From the IMG/VR virus record IMGVR_UViG_3300037479_000437, positions 233-64,232 of that record: a stretch of DNA of 64,000 bases; one strand, given 5' to 3'. Both the position numbers and the translations under genes were made by a program. The notes beneath the pieces are model-generated. The model made no database searches. It worked only from the letters and a program-made list of their open reading frames with translations, and was not told the DNA's origin. The DNA comes from a virus. Below are positions 47,377 through 55,184 of this stretch, piece by piece. Positions within the stretch are counted from its first letter, which is position 1, and every line of letters begins with the position of its first letter.

Positions 47377-48905
47377 TGATGATGCTCGAAACTTACAAAA
47401 AAGCCCGTCGCGCCGGAACGCCACTGATCGCCATCATGACCCCTGACCCGGCAGCGACAATCAATACGCTCATCAGCAACGAGGCGATCATAATCCAGTG
47501 GGATATTTGCAACGGCTGGCGGGCATGCACCGCCGTTGCAGAGTCTTTTCTGCGGACTCTGGCTCAGGGCAATGATGTCCAGGCCATGACCTCGAACCCG
47601 GCAGAAATGATCATTCTGGCAGCGCAACTCCCGGAGCAATCAACTCTTTTCGTTCTGAACGCACAGCGTTATCTGACCAGTGACTCATCACCGGCGACAG
47701 CCGGATTCATTCAGGGATTGTGGAATTTGCGCGATCAGTTCAAAGCGAATAATTCAGCCGTCGTTCTGCTTGCGCCTGAACTGACTCTGCCCATAGAACT
47801 GCAATCAGATGTTCTGGTGATTGATGAGCCGCTGCCGGATGACGCTGCTTTGCAAACGATCATCACAACGTTACACGCCGCCAATGAATTACCTGAGCCG
47901 GAGCCGGAAATACTTGGCCGCGCGGTTGACGCATTGCGCGGCCTGGCAGCGTTTCCAGCCGAACAGGTCACCGCCATGTCGCTGACCCGGCGCGGCCTGC
48001 TTGTCACTGAAATGTGGGAACGCAAACGTCAGCTAATTGACGCCACGCCCGGCCTGACCGTCTGGCGGGGCGGCGAAACCTTTGCTGACATCGGCGGCTC
48101 GGACGTAATCAAGGATTTCCTGCGGCGCATTCTGGCAGGCGCCGCCGCGCCTCGCGTCATTGTGTTCATTGACGAAATTGAGAAAGCAATGAGCGGCGCG
48201 CAGGGCGACACGTCAGGTGTGTCGCAGGGATTTCTCGGCACATTGCTGACTGAAATGCAGGACACTAAAGCCTGCGGCTCAATTTTTATCGGCCCGCCTG
48301 GAAGTGGTAAATCAGCCATCGCCAAAGCCGCAGGCGCTGAAGGCGGCATTCCCACGATTGCGCTTGATTTGTCAGGGATGAAAGCATCCCTGGTCGGCGA
48401 GTCTGAGCAACGCTTGCGGCAGGCTTTGAAAGTCATTCGCGCAGTCGGCAGTGATCGCGCGCTCTGGCTGGCCACCTGCAACCGGATCAGCGCATTGCCG
48501 CCGGAACTGCGCCGCCGCTTTACGCTGGGGACTTTTTTCTTCGATCTGCCGACTGAAGAAGAACGCCGCGCCATCTGGGCGATCTGGAAAGCAGCTTATT
48601 CGCTGGGGTTGGATGATTCACTGATTGCCAGTTTTGTCCCCTCTGACCGGGCGGCGCTCAATGACGATGGCTGGACTGGCGCAGAAATCAGACAATGCTG
48701 CGATGTCGCCTGGCGGCTGAAGATCAAACTCAGCGAAGCGGCGCAATTCGTTGTGCCCGTCGCTCGCGCGGCGGCGGATGAAATCGAAGCCCTCAGGCGT
48801 CAGGCGTCAGGCCGTTTTCTTTCGGCCAGCTACCCTGGCGTTTTCAATTACCAACCGACTGCCGTGTCTGCGCCAGCGCGCGGAAGGCAACTCAACATCG
48901 AATGA
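47373..48905 (+). CDS. Ycf46-like AAA+ ATPase
   Basis: Walker A GPPGSGKS, VGESEQRLRQAL and LPPEL; Walker B-type FIDEIEK; N-terminal Ycf46-like region. Confidence 0.85.
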   Translation: MMMMLETYKKARRAGTPLIAIMTPDPAATINTLISNEAIIIQWDICNGWRACTAVAESFLRTLAQGNDVQAMTSNPAEMIILAAQLPEQSTLFVLNAQRYLTSDSSPATAGFIQGLWNLRDQFKANNSAVVLLAPELTLPIELQSDVLVIDEPLPDDAALQTIITTLHAANELPEPEPEILGRAVDALRGLAAFPAEQVTAMSLTRRGLLVTEMWERKRQLIDATPGLTVWRGGETFADIGGSDVIKDFLRRILAGAAAPRVIVFIDEIEKAMSGAQGDTSGVSQGFLGTLLTEMQDTKACGSIFIGPPGSGKSAIAKAAGAEGGIPTIALDLSGMKASLVGESEQRLRQALKVIRAVGSDRALWLATCNRISALPPELRRRFTLGTFFFDLPTEEERRAIWAIWKAAYSLGLDDSLIASFVPSDRAALNDDGWTGAEIRQCCDVAWRLKIKLSEAAQFVVPVARAAADEIEALRRQASGRFLSASYPGVFNYQPTAVSAPARGRQLNIE

Positions 48906-49243
48906 AAGGAACTGCAATCATGCCCTGCTATCAGGAAAGAAAAATCACAACCGAAATCAGTGTCAGCGATCCGCAAATCCTGCGCGCCGGGTTGAAAAAG
49001 GCCGGCTTTGAATTGCGTGAAACCAGCGTCGGCCTGTTCGTTCGTGATCCGAACAAATACCAGGAAGCGACGATTGACGCGCGCGGGCGCATCGTTTACA
49101 GCGAAGGCGATAAAGTGATGGTCAATCGAATCAAGCGCGCCTATGCGCAGGAAGTCGTGGCAACAACAGCAAAACGTTTCGGCTGGCAGCTTGCGCCAGT
49201 CAAAAACGAGCCGCACAAAGTCGAATTGAAAAGAAAATTCTGA
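48902..49243 (+). CDS. DUF1257-like protein
   Basis: IKRAYAQEVV...AKRFGW; adjacent to the Ycf46-like ATPase. Confidence 0.55.
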   Translation: MKGTAIMPCYQERKITTEISVSDPQILRAGLKKAGFELRETSVGLFVRDPNKYQEATIDARGRIVYSEGDKVMVNRIKRAYAQEVVATTAKRFGWQLAPVKNEPHKVELKRKF

Positions 49244-49255
49244 AGGGAGTGACTG

Positions 49256-49771
49256 ATGCCTGACTTCAACCGTACTGAGTGCGCCTGTCATGATTGTCGC
49301 TCGTTCTGCAAATCAATGCCGGGCGCGCTGACGCCGGACGATCTGCCACGCATTGCCGCATTTTTGCAGATGGATCACGACTGGCCGGAAATGCTGAAAC
49401 GATATTTCAACGCTTCACCCGGCGCTTTGGTGGTGACGCATGGCGTTCTGAAGCGTGTCGGAACAATCGTTCCGGCGCGCAAAGAAGACGACAGTTGCGT
49501 CTTTTTTGACGAACAGGAACGCTGCCGCATTCATCCGGTTGCGCCCTTCGGCTGCGCGATGTTCGATAACCACATTGAGCCGGAAGACGGCTCAAAAAAA
49601 CACGATTACCTGATCCAGATCACGGCCAGGGCGCATGTTGAGCATGCGCCTTACGCAATCTGGCATCGCTGGCTGACTCACATCAATCGAATCGCTCCGG
49701 CGCCGGAAGTCCTGCGCCAGCGCATGCGTGAACGTCAAACGAACGATAGGAAGGAAACAAAATGCAGATAA
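49256..49771 (+). CDS. YkgJ-like Cys-cluster protein (CxxCxxxC)
   Basis: C.C.DC...C; CVFFD...CRIHPVAPFGC. Confidence 0.7.
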   Translation: MPDFNRTECACHDCRSFCKSMPGALTPDDLPRIAAFLQMDHDWPEMLKRYFNASPGALVVTHGVLKRVGTIVPARKEDDSCVFFDEQERCRIHPVAPFGCAMFDNHIEPEDGSKKHDYLIQITARAHVEHAPYAIWHRWLTHINRIAPAPEVLRQRMRERQTNDRKETKCR

Positions 49772-49977
49772 CAAACGAACAGAAAATGATCGTTGAAATT
49801 CTGGATGATGGAACTGTCAAAGTAGAAACCGGCGACTTGTCCGGGCCGCTTCATCAGAAAGCAGATGAATTCCTGGCCATGATGGCAAAGCTGCTGGGCG
49901 GCGAAGTGACGATTACAAAAATCGGACACGATCATCACCATCATCACGATCACGCAACCAGAAAGCTGAAACAATAA
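49762..49977 (+). CDS. DUF2997-like protein
   Basis: IVEILDDGTVKVET.DLSG...LLGG; His-rich tail. Confidence 0.6.
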   Translation: MQITNEQKMIVEILDDGTVKVETGDLSGPLHQKADEFLAMMAKLLGGEVTITKIGHDHHHHHDHATRKLKQ

Positions 49978-49990
49978 GAAAGGAACTCCA

Positions 49991-50935
49991 ATGACTCCCG
50001 CAACAACAACATCACAACTTCAAACGCAAATCAACGAAGCAACAGTCTGTCTTGACCTGACGATCACTGCGCCCGGTGTGCGGCGCAAACTGGATGTCAA
50101 ACGCCTGAACGAACAAGCCGACCGCGAAATGCTCCACGCAAGCAAGAATATTATCGAAAGTCCGGCTATGAGTCCGATCTGGAACCGGGACGCTGCGCTG
50201 CGCGCCTGGATCAAATCGCGCGCAGTGCCGGTTTCAATGCTGCGCAATGGCTTATATCTGATCCCTCTGGCGTTGATGGAACAGGTAGACCAGGCGATTG
50301 AAAGCTATCGTATAGAACGCCAGACGCTGATTGACGCATTCTTTGTGCGTTACCCCGCGCTGATCGAACGCGCCAGGGAAACTTACGAAGCGTTGGGGTT
50401 ATTCGATGAACGCGACTACCCGGCAGCGTCAGAGTTGCGCCAGGCTTTTTTAATCACCGTCAGATACCTGACTTTCAACGTTCCGAAGGCGCTTGAGGAA
50501 ATCAATACCCGGATCTTTGAGCGCGAACGGCAACGAGCGGAAACAGAATGGAGCCGGGCAATTGATGAAATCCGTAACGCGCTGCGCGAAAATTTTGCCG
50601 GCCTCGTGACGCAGATGGTGGCGCGTCTGGGCGAAACGAAAAACGGCGGCAGAAAGGCTTTACGCGATGACGCGCTGGCTGACCTGACTGATTTCATCAG
50701 CGTTTTTGAAGCGCGCAATCTGACAAATGACGCTGATCTTCAGGTCTTGATCAACCAGGCGCGGCAGACCATGCGCGGCCTGGAAGTTGATCAATTGCGC
50801 GGAAAAAACAGCGAAACGATGCGCGATAGTGTGCGCGCATCGTTTGAGACCCTGAATGACAAACTGAATGTTCTGGTCAAACCGGCTGGGCGGAAACTTC
50901 AGTTCGACCAGGCTGACGATGAAGCACCACAATAA
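49991..50935 (+). CDS. DUF3150-like phage protein
   Basis: GLYLIP, FF..YP..I, FNVP and FEARNLTNDADL; helical. Confidence 0.6.
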   Translation: MTPATTTSQLQTQINEATVCLDLTITAPGVRRKLDVKRLNEQADREMLHASKNIIESPAMSPIWNRDAALRAWIKSRAVPVSMLRNGLYLIPLALMEQVDQAIESYRIERQTLIDAFFVRYPALIERARETYEALGLFDERDYPAASELRQAFLITVRYLTFNVPKALEEINTRIFERERQRAETEWSRAIDEIRNALRENFAGLVTQMVARLGETKNGGRKALRDDALADLTDFISVFEARNLTNDADLQVLINQARQTMRGLEVDQLRGKNSETMRDSVRASFETLNDKLNVLVKPAGRKLQFDQADDEAPQ

Positions 50936-51155
50936 ACTGAAGAGCAGAGAGCGGCTGGTAACTGCTCTCTGCTCATTGCCTGAAGAACAACGGCGTGAAT
51001 TGTTCACGCTGCGCCGCGCGCAACGTCAGGAAATTTTTCGCCGGTTTGAAGAATATCGCCTGACCTGCGCCCGGCTGCATGTCCCACTTGAGTCTGCGTC
51101 CTGGCTGGCCGACGCAATTCTGCTGGTGCAGCAGGTCGGCAGATTTGAAGACTGA
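50868..51155 (+). CDS. Hypothetical protein
   Basis: Probable ATG at ~50919, overlapping the upstream stop. Confidence 0.4.
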   Translation: MFWSNRLGGNFSSTRLTMKHHNKLKSRERLVTALCSLPEEQRRELFTLRRAQRQEIFRRFEEYRLTCARLHVPLESASWLADAILLVQQVGRFED

Positions 51156-51173
51156 AAAGATTAAAATCCGGGT

Positions 51174-51272
51174 TTTGCGCAGACAGGCCCGCTGCTGCAT
51201 TTTTTTGACGTTGCGCAAGGGAGAACAAGGCTTTGTGGTCAAAAATGCAGCCTTGAGGCTCTAAAACGGCAA
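51174..51272 (+). repeat. Copy 2 of the dispersed palindromic element
   Basis: tttgcgca...gctgcattttt-N36-aaaaatgcagc...aggct..aaaacggcaa. Confidence 0.7.
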
Positions 51273-51340
51273 TCCGGGCACTCTGAACAACCGTCGGTCA
51301 ACCCCCGACGCAAGCTGGAGAAATAATCGGAGAAATAATC

Positions 51341-51742
51341 ATGGAAGAACTGAACAAAACAGTCCCCGCGTATCGTCGTCCGATTCGGGAAATCATTGCC
51401 GATTTGAGCAAGCCGATCCCGGATCGCTTTCTCAAGGACAAAACCATCAAAGGGAACAAACTGACTTACATTCCCTGGTATCACGCGATCAAACTGCTTG
51501 ACTGGTTTGCGCCGGGCTGGTCGTTTGAAGTCAGAGAGATTTCCCCGACTGGCAAACAAACCGTCCTGGTGGTCAGGCTGATCATTCCCGCCGCTGAGGG
51601 CGATGTCTGGCGCGAAGCGACAGGCATTGAAGAAGATGATGTCACCGGCTACGGCGACACCAGTAGTAACGCCGAGTCTATGGCACTGCGTCGCGCAGCC
51701 GCTAAATTCGGCCTGGGCCTCTATCTGTACGATAAAAAATGA
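51341..51742 (+). CDS. Rad52/22-like single-strand annealing protein
   Basis: YIPWYHAIKLLD.FAPGWSFEV...REATG...SNAESMALRRAAAKFGLGLYLY. Confidence 0.88.
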   Translation: MEELNKTVPAYRRPIREIIADLSKPIPDRFLKDKTIKGNKLTYIPWYHAIKLLDWFAPGWSFEVREISPTGKQTVLVVRLIIPAAEGDVWREATGIEEDDVTGYGDTSSNAESMALRRAAAKFGLGLYLYDKK

Positions 51743-52044
51743 AAGGAATTGTCATGAACGATCAAATCGTTGGTTATCGCGGAAAGTCAGGAAAGCTGCG
51801 AGCGTATAAAAAAACTGCCGAAGCCCCTGATAAATTCAATCCCGGTCAGCGCCGGGTCAAACTGGAAAGCTTTGACGGTGAACTGGTCTTTTGGGTCAGC
51901 TCCAGCAAACTCGAAGCTGCGCCCACGCAATCCGGCCTCACTCAACGCAGCCGGGGGTGCTCCTGCAACATGGAGTGTTGTCAGCCCCGGTGTCATTGTG
52001 AAACTCACTGCAATTGTCGCGGCGGCCATATTTTTGACTGTTGA
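51739..52044 (+). CDS. Hypothetical protein with Cys/His-rich C-terminus
   Basis: C-terminal CSC..ECC...CHCE.HCNC.GG...DC. Confidence 0.55.
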   Translation: MKGIVMNDQIVGYRGKSGKLRAYKKTAEAPDKFNPGQRRVKLESFDGELVFWVSSSKLEAAPTQSGLTQRSRGCSCNMECCQPRCHCETHCNCRGGHIFDC

Positions 52045-52202
52045 TTGATTCGGCGCATGCAAATCTCATAAAGACAACAATGGAAAACGCCCATGAGTAC
52101 ATTTCAGCAAAAAGTCAGCAAAAAGTCAGCAAAAAGCCATCTTGCATCGGCGGAAGCAACGGTTCAGCGCATCGAACATTTCATCAACACCGGTGAGTAA
52201 GT

Positions 52203-52541
52203 ATGACTTCTGAAGAAATCAAGCGTATCAAGCAACAATTTTTCGCCGAAGACATCGTGATTCCTGATCAGGCGTATCCGCATCCGCTGCCACCCGACCT
52301 TGCGCCCTGGTATGTCTATCTGCCTGACAGCGGCCATTCTATTCTTTGCTTTCTGGATGGCTTCTATGATCCGGTAAGCCTCGGTACTGACGACGCCTGG
52401 CAACAAATGTGTCCTGTTCCGGTCAGGACAGTGCTACGCGGCTGGCGCATGCTGGAAAGCTGGCCGATAGCTCTGAGTGGCTTCAGTTATGACTCAGCGC
52501 GCGGCCTGCTGCTCACAGACCCCGCCGATGAAGAATTCTGA
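52203..52541 (+). CDS. Hypothetical protein directly upstream of the GGYNN array
   Basis: 112-aa ORF whose stop codon lies ~25 nt before the array leader. Confidence 0.55.
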   Translation: MTSEEIKRIKQQFFAEDIVIPDQAYPHPLPPDLAPWYVYLPDSGHSILCFLDGFYDPVSLGTDDAWQQMCPVPVRTVLRGWRMLESWPIALSGFSYDSARGLLLTDPADEEF

Positions 52542-52565
52542 GAGCAACAAGGTTCCGGGTTAGCT

Positions 52566-53190
52566 CACGCCCAGCCGGGCTTGGCCCGGCTGGGCGTGGT
52601 AAGGTAAGGAACCAGGCGCGGCCTGGGTTGAGCCAGGCCAGGTCAGGCATGGGTTGCGGCAGGCTCCGGCAGGGCTTGGATTGTGGCGTAGCACGGCAAG
52701 GTAAGGCCTGGTGTGGCAGGGATTAAGGTACGGCCCGGCAGAGCAGGGCCTGGTCAGTCGAGGCTTGGATTAAGGCGAGGCAGGCTTTGGTATGGCAGGG
52801 CAAGGCTCGGTTCGGCAAAAGCAGGGATTCAGGCCAGGCAAGGCTTGGCAAGGCGTAGTATGGCGGGAATTGAGGCAAGGTAAGGCAAGGCGTGACCGGG
52901 TAAGGCTTAGCAGGGATTGAGGCCCGCTTAGGCGCGTCGTGGTTAGGCTTGGCGAGGATTGAGGCACGGCTTGGTAAGTCAGAGCATAGCTCGGCACGGA
53001 CTCAGGCAGAACCGGGCAAAGCAGGAAATGGATTGCGGTCAGGCGAGGCGTGGCGCAGCATTGCAGGGTATGGATTGAGGCAAGGCGCAGCGAGTCAAGG
53101 TCGGGCTTGGCCAGGATTCAGGCGCGGCAGGAGTTGGCCCCGGCGAGGCAAGGCAGGGAATAAGGCACGGCGCAGCATGGCAAGGATTTA
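52566..53190 (+). repeat. GGY-NN pentamer array punctuated by GGATTNA-type heptamers (candidate guide-RNA array)
   Basis: Manual parse: 13 heptamers bound 12 units of 4-10 pentamers (modal unit 42 nt); 15-bp hairpin at the 5' end. Confidence 0.9.
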
Positions 53191-53258
53191 TCTCACTCAA
53201 CAGTAAACCAGCGCGGTTTATTGAAACAACAACCTGTCAACAGAAAGAGAACAAACCG

Positions 53259-53945
53259 ATGACTGAGAAATCAGTAAAAATTCCAGTGGTTACGATCAAA
53301 CTGACCGGCTTGACCCCGATGCTTCATCACCGGGATAACATCGAATGGTCGGATTTGATGGAAAAATGGCGCAAAGACCCGAACAACAAAAAACTCGGCA
53401 AGGCGGGCGATGACCGGACACCCGCCTGGACGTGGATCGGCTCACTCAATCACGACAACCAAAGAGTTGCCATTCCCTCAGATAACCTGATGGCGTGCAT
53501 GAGAGATGGCGGAACGCTGGTCAGCGATCCGATGGGCAAACGCGGGAAATCACTGAAATCAGAAACACAATCAGGCTTCCAGGTATTGGAGGCTTTCTGG
53601 CCAATGCTGGTCAATGGCCGGGAAATCCCTTACAAGGAAATCGAGCCTCTTTTACAGGAGGATGATTTTACACAACATCAGCAACGTTGCTCTGCTCTGG
53701 GCTTTCAGCTTTTCATCAAACGTGCGCGCATCGGAACAGCAAAGCACGTTCGCGTGCGTCCGCAATTCGATAACTGGACTGCCACAGGCAGAATTGCCAT
53801 CACTCTGCCCAAACTCAACCCTGACATCCTGCTTCAGATTCTGAATCAGGCCGGGCTGTATAAGGGCCTGGGCGACTGGCGACCGGGAGCAAAAACGCCG
53901 GGCGCGTTCGGGCAGTTCAAGGCTGAAATCATCTCAGTAGAGTAA
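53259..53945 (+). CDS. Stand-alone Cas7/RAMP-like protein (Vipr-like)
   Basis: N-terminal IKLTGLTPMLHH, VAIPSDNLMACMRDGG, RVRPQF..W and C-terminal Gly-rich loop AGLYKGLGDWRP...GAFGQF. Confidence 0.75.
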   Translation: MTEKSVKIPVVTIKLTGLTPMLHHRDNIEWSDLMEKWRKDPNNKKLGKAGDDRTPAWTWIGSLNHDNQRVAIPSDNLMACMRDGGTLVSDPMGKRGKSLKSETQSGFQVLEAFWPMLVNGREIPYKEIEPLLQEDDFTQHQQRCSALGFQLFIKRARIGTAKHVRVRPQFDNWTATGRIAITLPKLNPDILLQILNQAGLYKGLGDWRPGAKTPGAFGQFKAEIISVE

Positions 53946-54044
53946 GGCCGGGAGTGAGGCACGGCATGGCGAGGCCAGACGCGGCCTGGCTCGTGCCGGG
54001 TAAGGAACAGAATCTGGCCTGACGTGGTTTAGTCAGGCCAGATT
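53946..54044 (+). repeat. Second short GGY-NN run plus 13-bp hairpin
   Basis: ggccg ggagtga ggcac ggcat ggcga ggcca gacgc ggcct ggctc; then aatctggcctgac-N8-gtcaggccagatt. Confidence 0.75.
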
Positions 54045-54075
54045 TGAATACGGCCTTCGTCACCAAGGAATTCTT

Positions 54076-54570
54076 ATGAGCAAAGTATTTTTCGGTGGTG
54101 TTCCGACAAAACCGGAAGTTGACAAATTGATGAAGGAACTCGCGCCCTTTGAGCGCGGTCAGCTTCTACTTTATGAACAAGTCGAAGCCGTCATCAACAT
54201 AAGACGTGATAAAAACAGATTTTACACTGTCACTATGGCTTTTCGTAAACGATTGCTGAACGAATTCAACATTCTCACCAAAGCAATCCCGAACACAGGG
54301 TTCAAATTGCTGACCGAATCGGAGCGACAACGGGTTGATGAACAGAAACAAAAAGCCGGATTGCGTGGATTTGGCAGAGCGCATCGTGACATGACTCAAA
54401 TTCAAACGGAATTACTGGATAATGATGCGGATCGCCTGCGCCTTGCTGCCATGCAAACCGAAAGTAACAAAATGATTGGCGCAGCGCAGACATTTTATCA
54501 AAATGTCCAGCGCATTGCCGGAAAAGCGCCTGCTCAATTGCCGCGTTTTGCTGGCAAAACAGCCGATTAA
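54076..54570 (+). CDS. Basic helical protein, probable partner of the RAMP-like gene
   Basis: Next gene after the second repeat run; AAGGA RBS; Lys/Arg-rich. Confidence 0.65.
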   Translation: MSKVFFGGVPTKPEVDKLMKELAPFERGQLLLYEQVEAVINIRRDKNRFYTVTMAFRKRLLNEFNILTKAIPNTGFKLLTESERQRVDEQKQKAGLRGFGRAHRDMTQIQTELLDNDADRLRLAAMQTESNKMIGAAQTFYQNVQRIAGKAPAQLPRFAGKTAD

Positions 54571-54579
54571 GCAAGCAAC

Positions 54580-54614
54580 AAAAAAAGAGAGCGCCTGCAC
54601 ACCGACAGGCGCTC
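54580..54614 (-). terminator. Intrinsic terminator oriented for the minus strand
   Basis: gagcgcctg-N8-caggcgctc preceded by an A run on the plus strand. Confidence 0.65.
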
Positions 54615-54689
54615 CGACTGATTGAATGGAATTCTTTATGCGATAGGAATAATCTATCTGATCTGACAACTGAATTCAAGAGGAAGCCT

Positions 54690-55184
54690 ATGCCTGACAC
54701 ACAACTGATGAATGCGCTCGACTTGAAATACCCGGACTGGCAATTCAGGATTACTCAGACTTTCCTGTTCGGCAATGAAATCATCATGATCGCAGAACTG
54801 ACGCTGAGCGGTGTTACTCGCGCAGCCTGCGGAACAGCCAGCCTGGACGCTTTTGAAACTGTTCTGCAAGCCGAAGAGCAGGCTTTTCAACGCGCCTGTG
54901 ATAAATTTCCGGCCTTGAAACAACCAGACACGTCACGCAAAACAGAACCAGCATCAACGCCGTCGCTCGCTGCTGTCCCCATTCCCCGGCCAGCGTTTCC
55001 AGAAGCACTGGTCACTCCAGGACAATTGCGACAAATCAATGCGCTGGCCGAAAGTCTCCCGACTGCGGCAGGAGACTTATGCTTTAGCAAATTCAACTGC
55101 GAACCAGAACATCTGACTGCCAGCCAGGCGACACAATTCATTGTCTCTTTGAAGGCATTACGAGAGAAAGAGAAAAATTCATGA
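54690..55184 (+). CDS. Second, divergent Rad52/22-like protein
   Basis: LDLKYPDWQFRI...AELTLSGVTR..CG...AEEQAFQRAC.KF; C-terminal TPGQL..I..L helix. Confidence 0.55.
   Translation: MPDTQLMNALDLKYPDWQFRITQTFLFGNEIIMIAELTLSGVTRAACGTASLDAFETVLQAEEQAFQRACDKFPALKQPDTSRKTEPASTPSLAAVPIPRPAFPEALVTPGQLRQINALAESLPTAAGDLCFSKFNCEPEHLTASQATQFIVSLKALREKEKNS

Noticed and set aside
51317-51340. Tandem ggagaaataatc x2 before Rad52
   Set aside because: A simple RBS duplication with no further structure.
52678-53190. Classical CRISPR array or simple microsatellite
   Set aside because: No 25-40-nt identical repeats with unique spacers; unlike a satellite, positions 4-5 of each pentamer vary freely and the punctuation is regular.
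52770-53206. ORFs 52770-52997 (-) and 52949-53206 (+) across the array
   Set aside because: Low-complexity translations produced by the 5-nt periodicity; the 5/7-nt phase is incompatible with codon structure.
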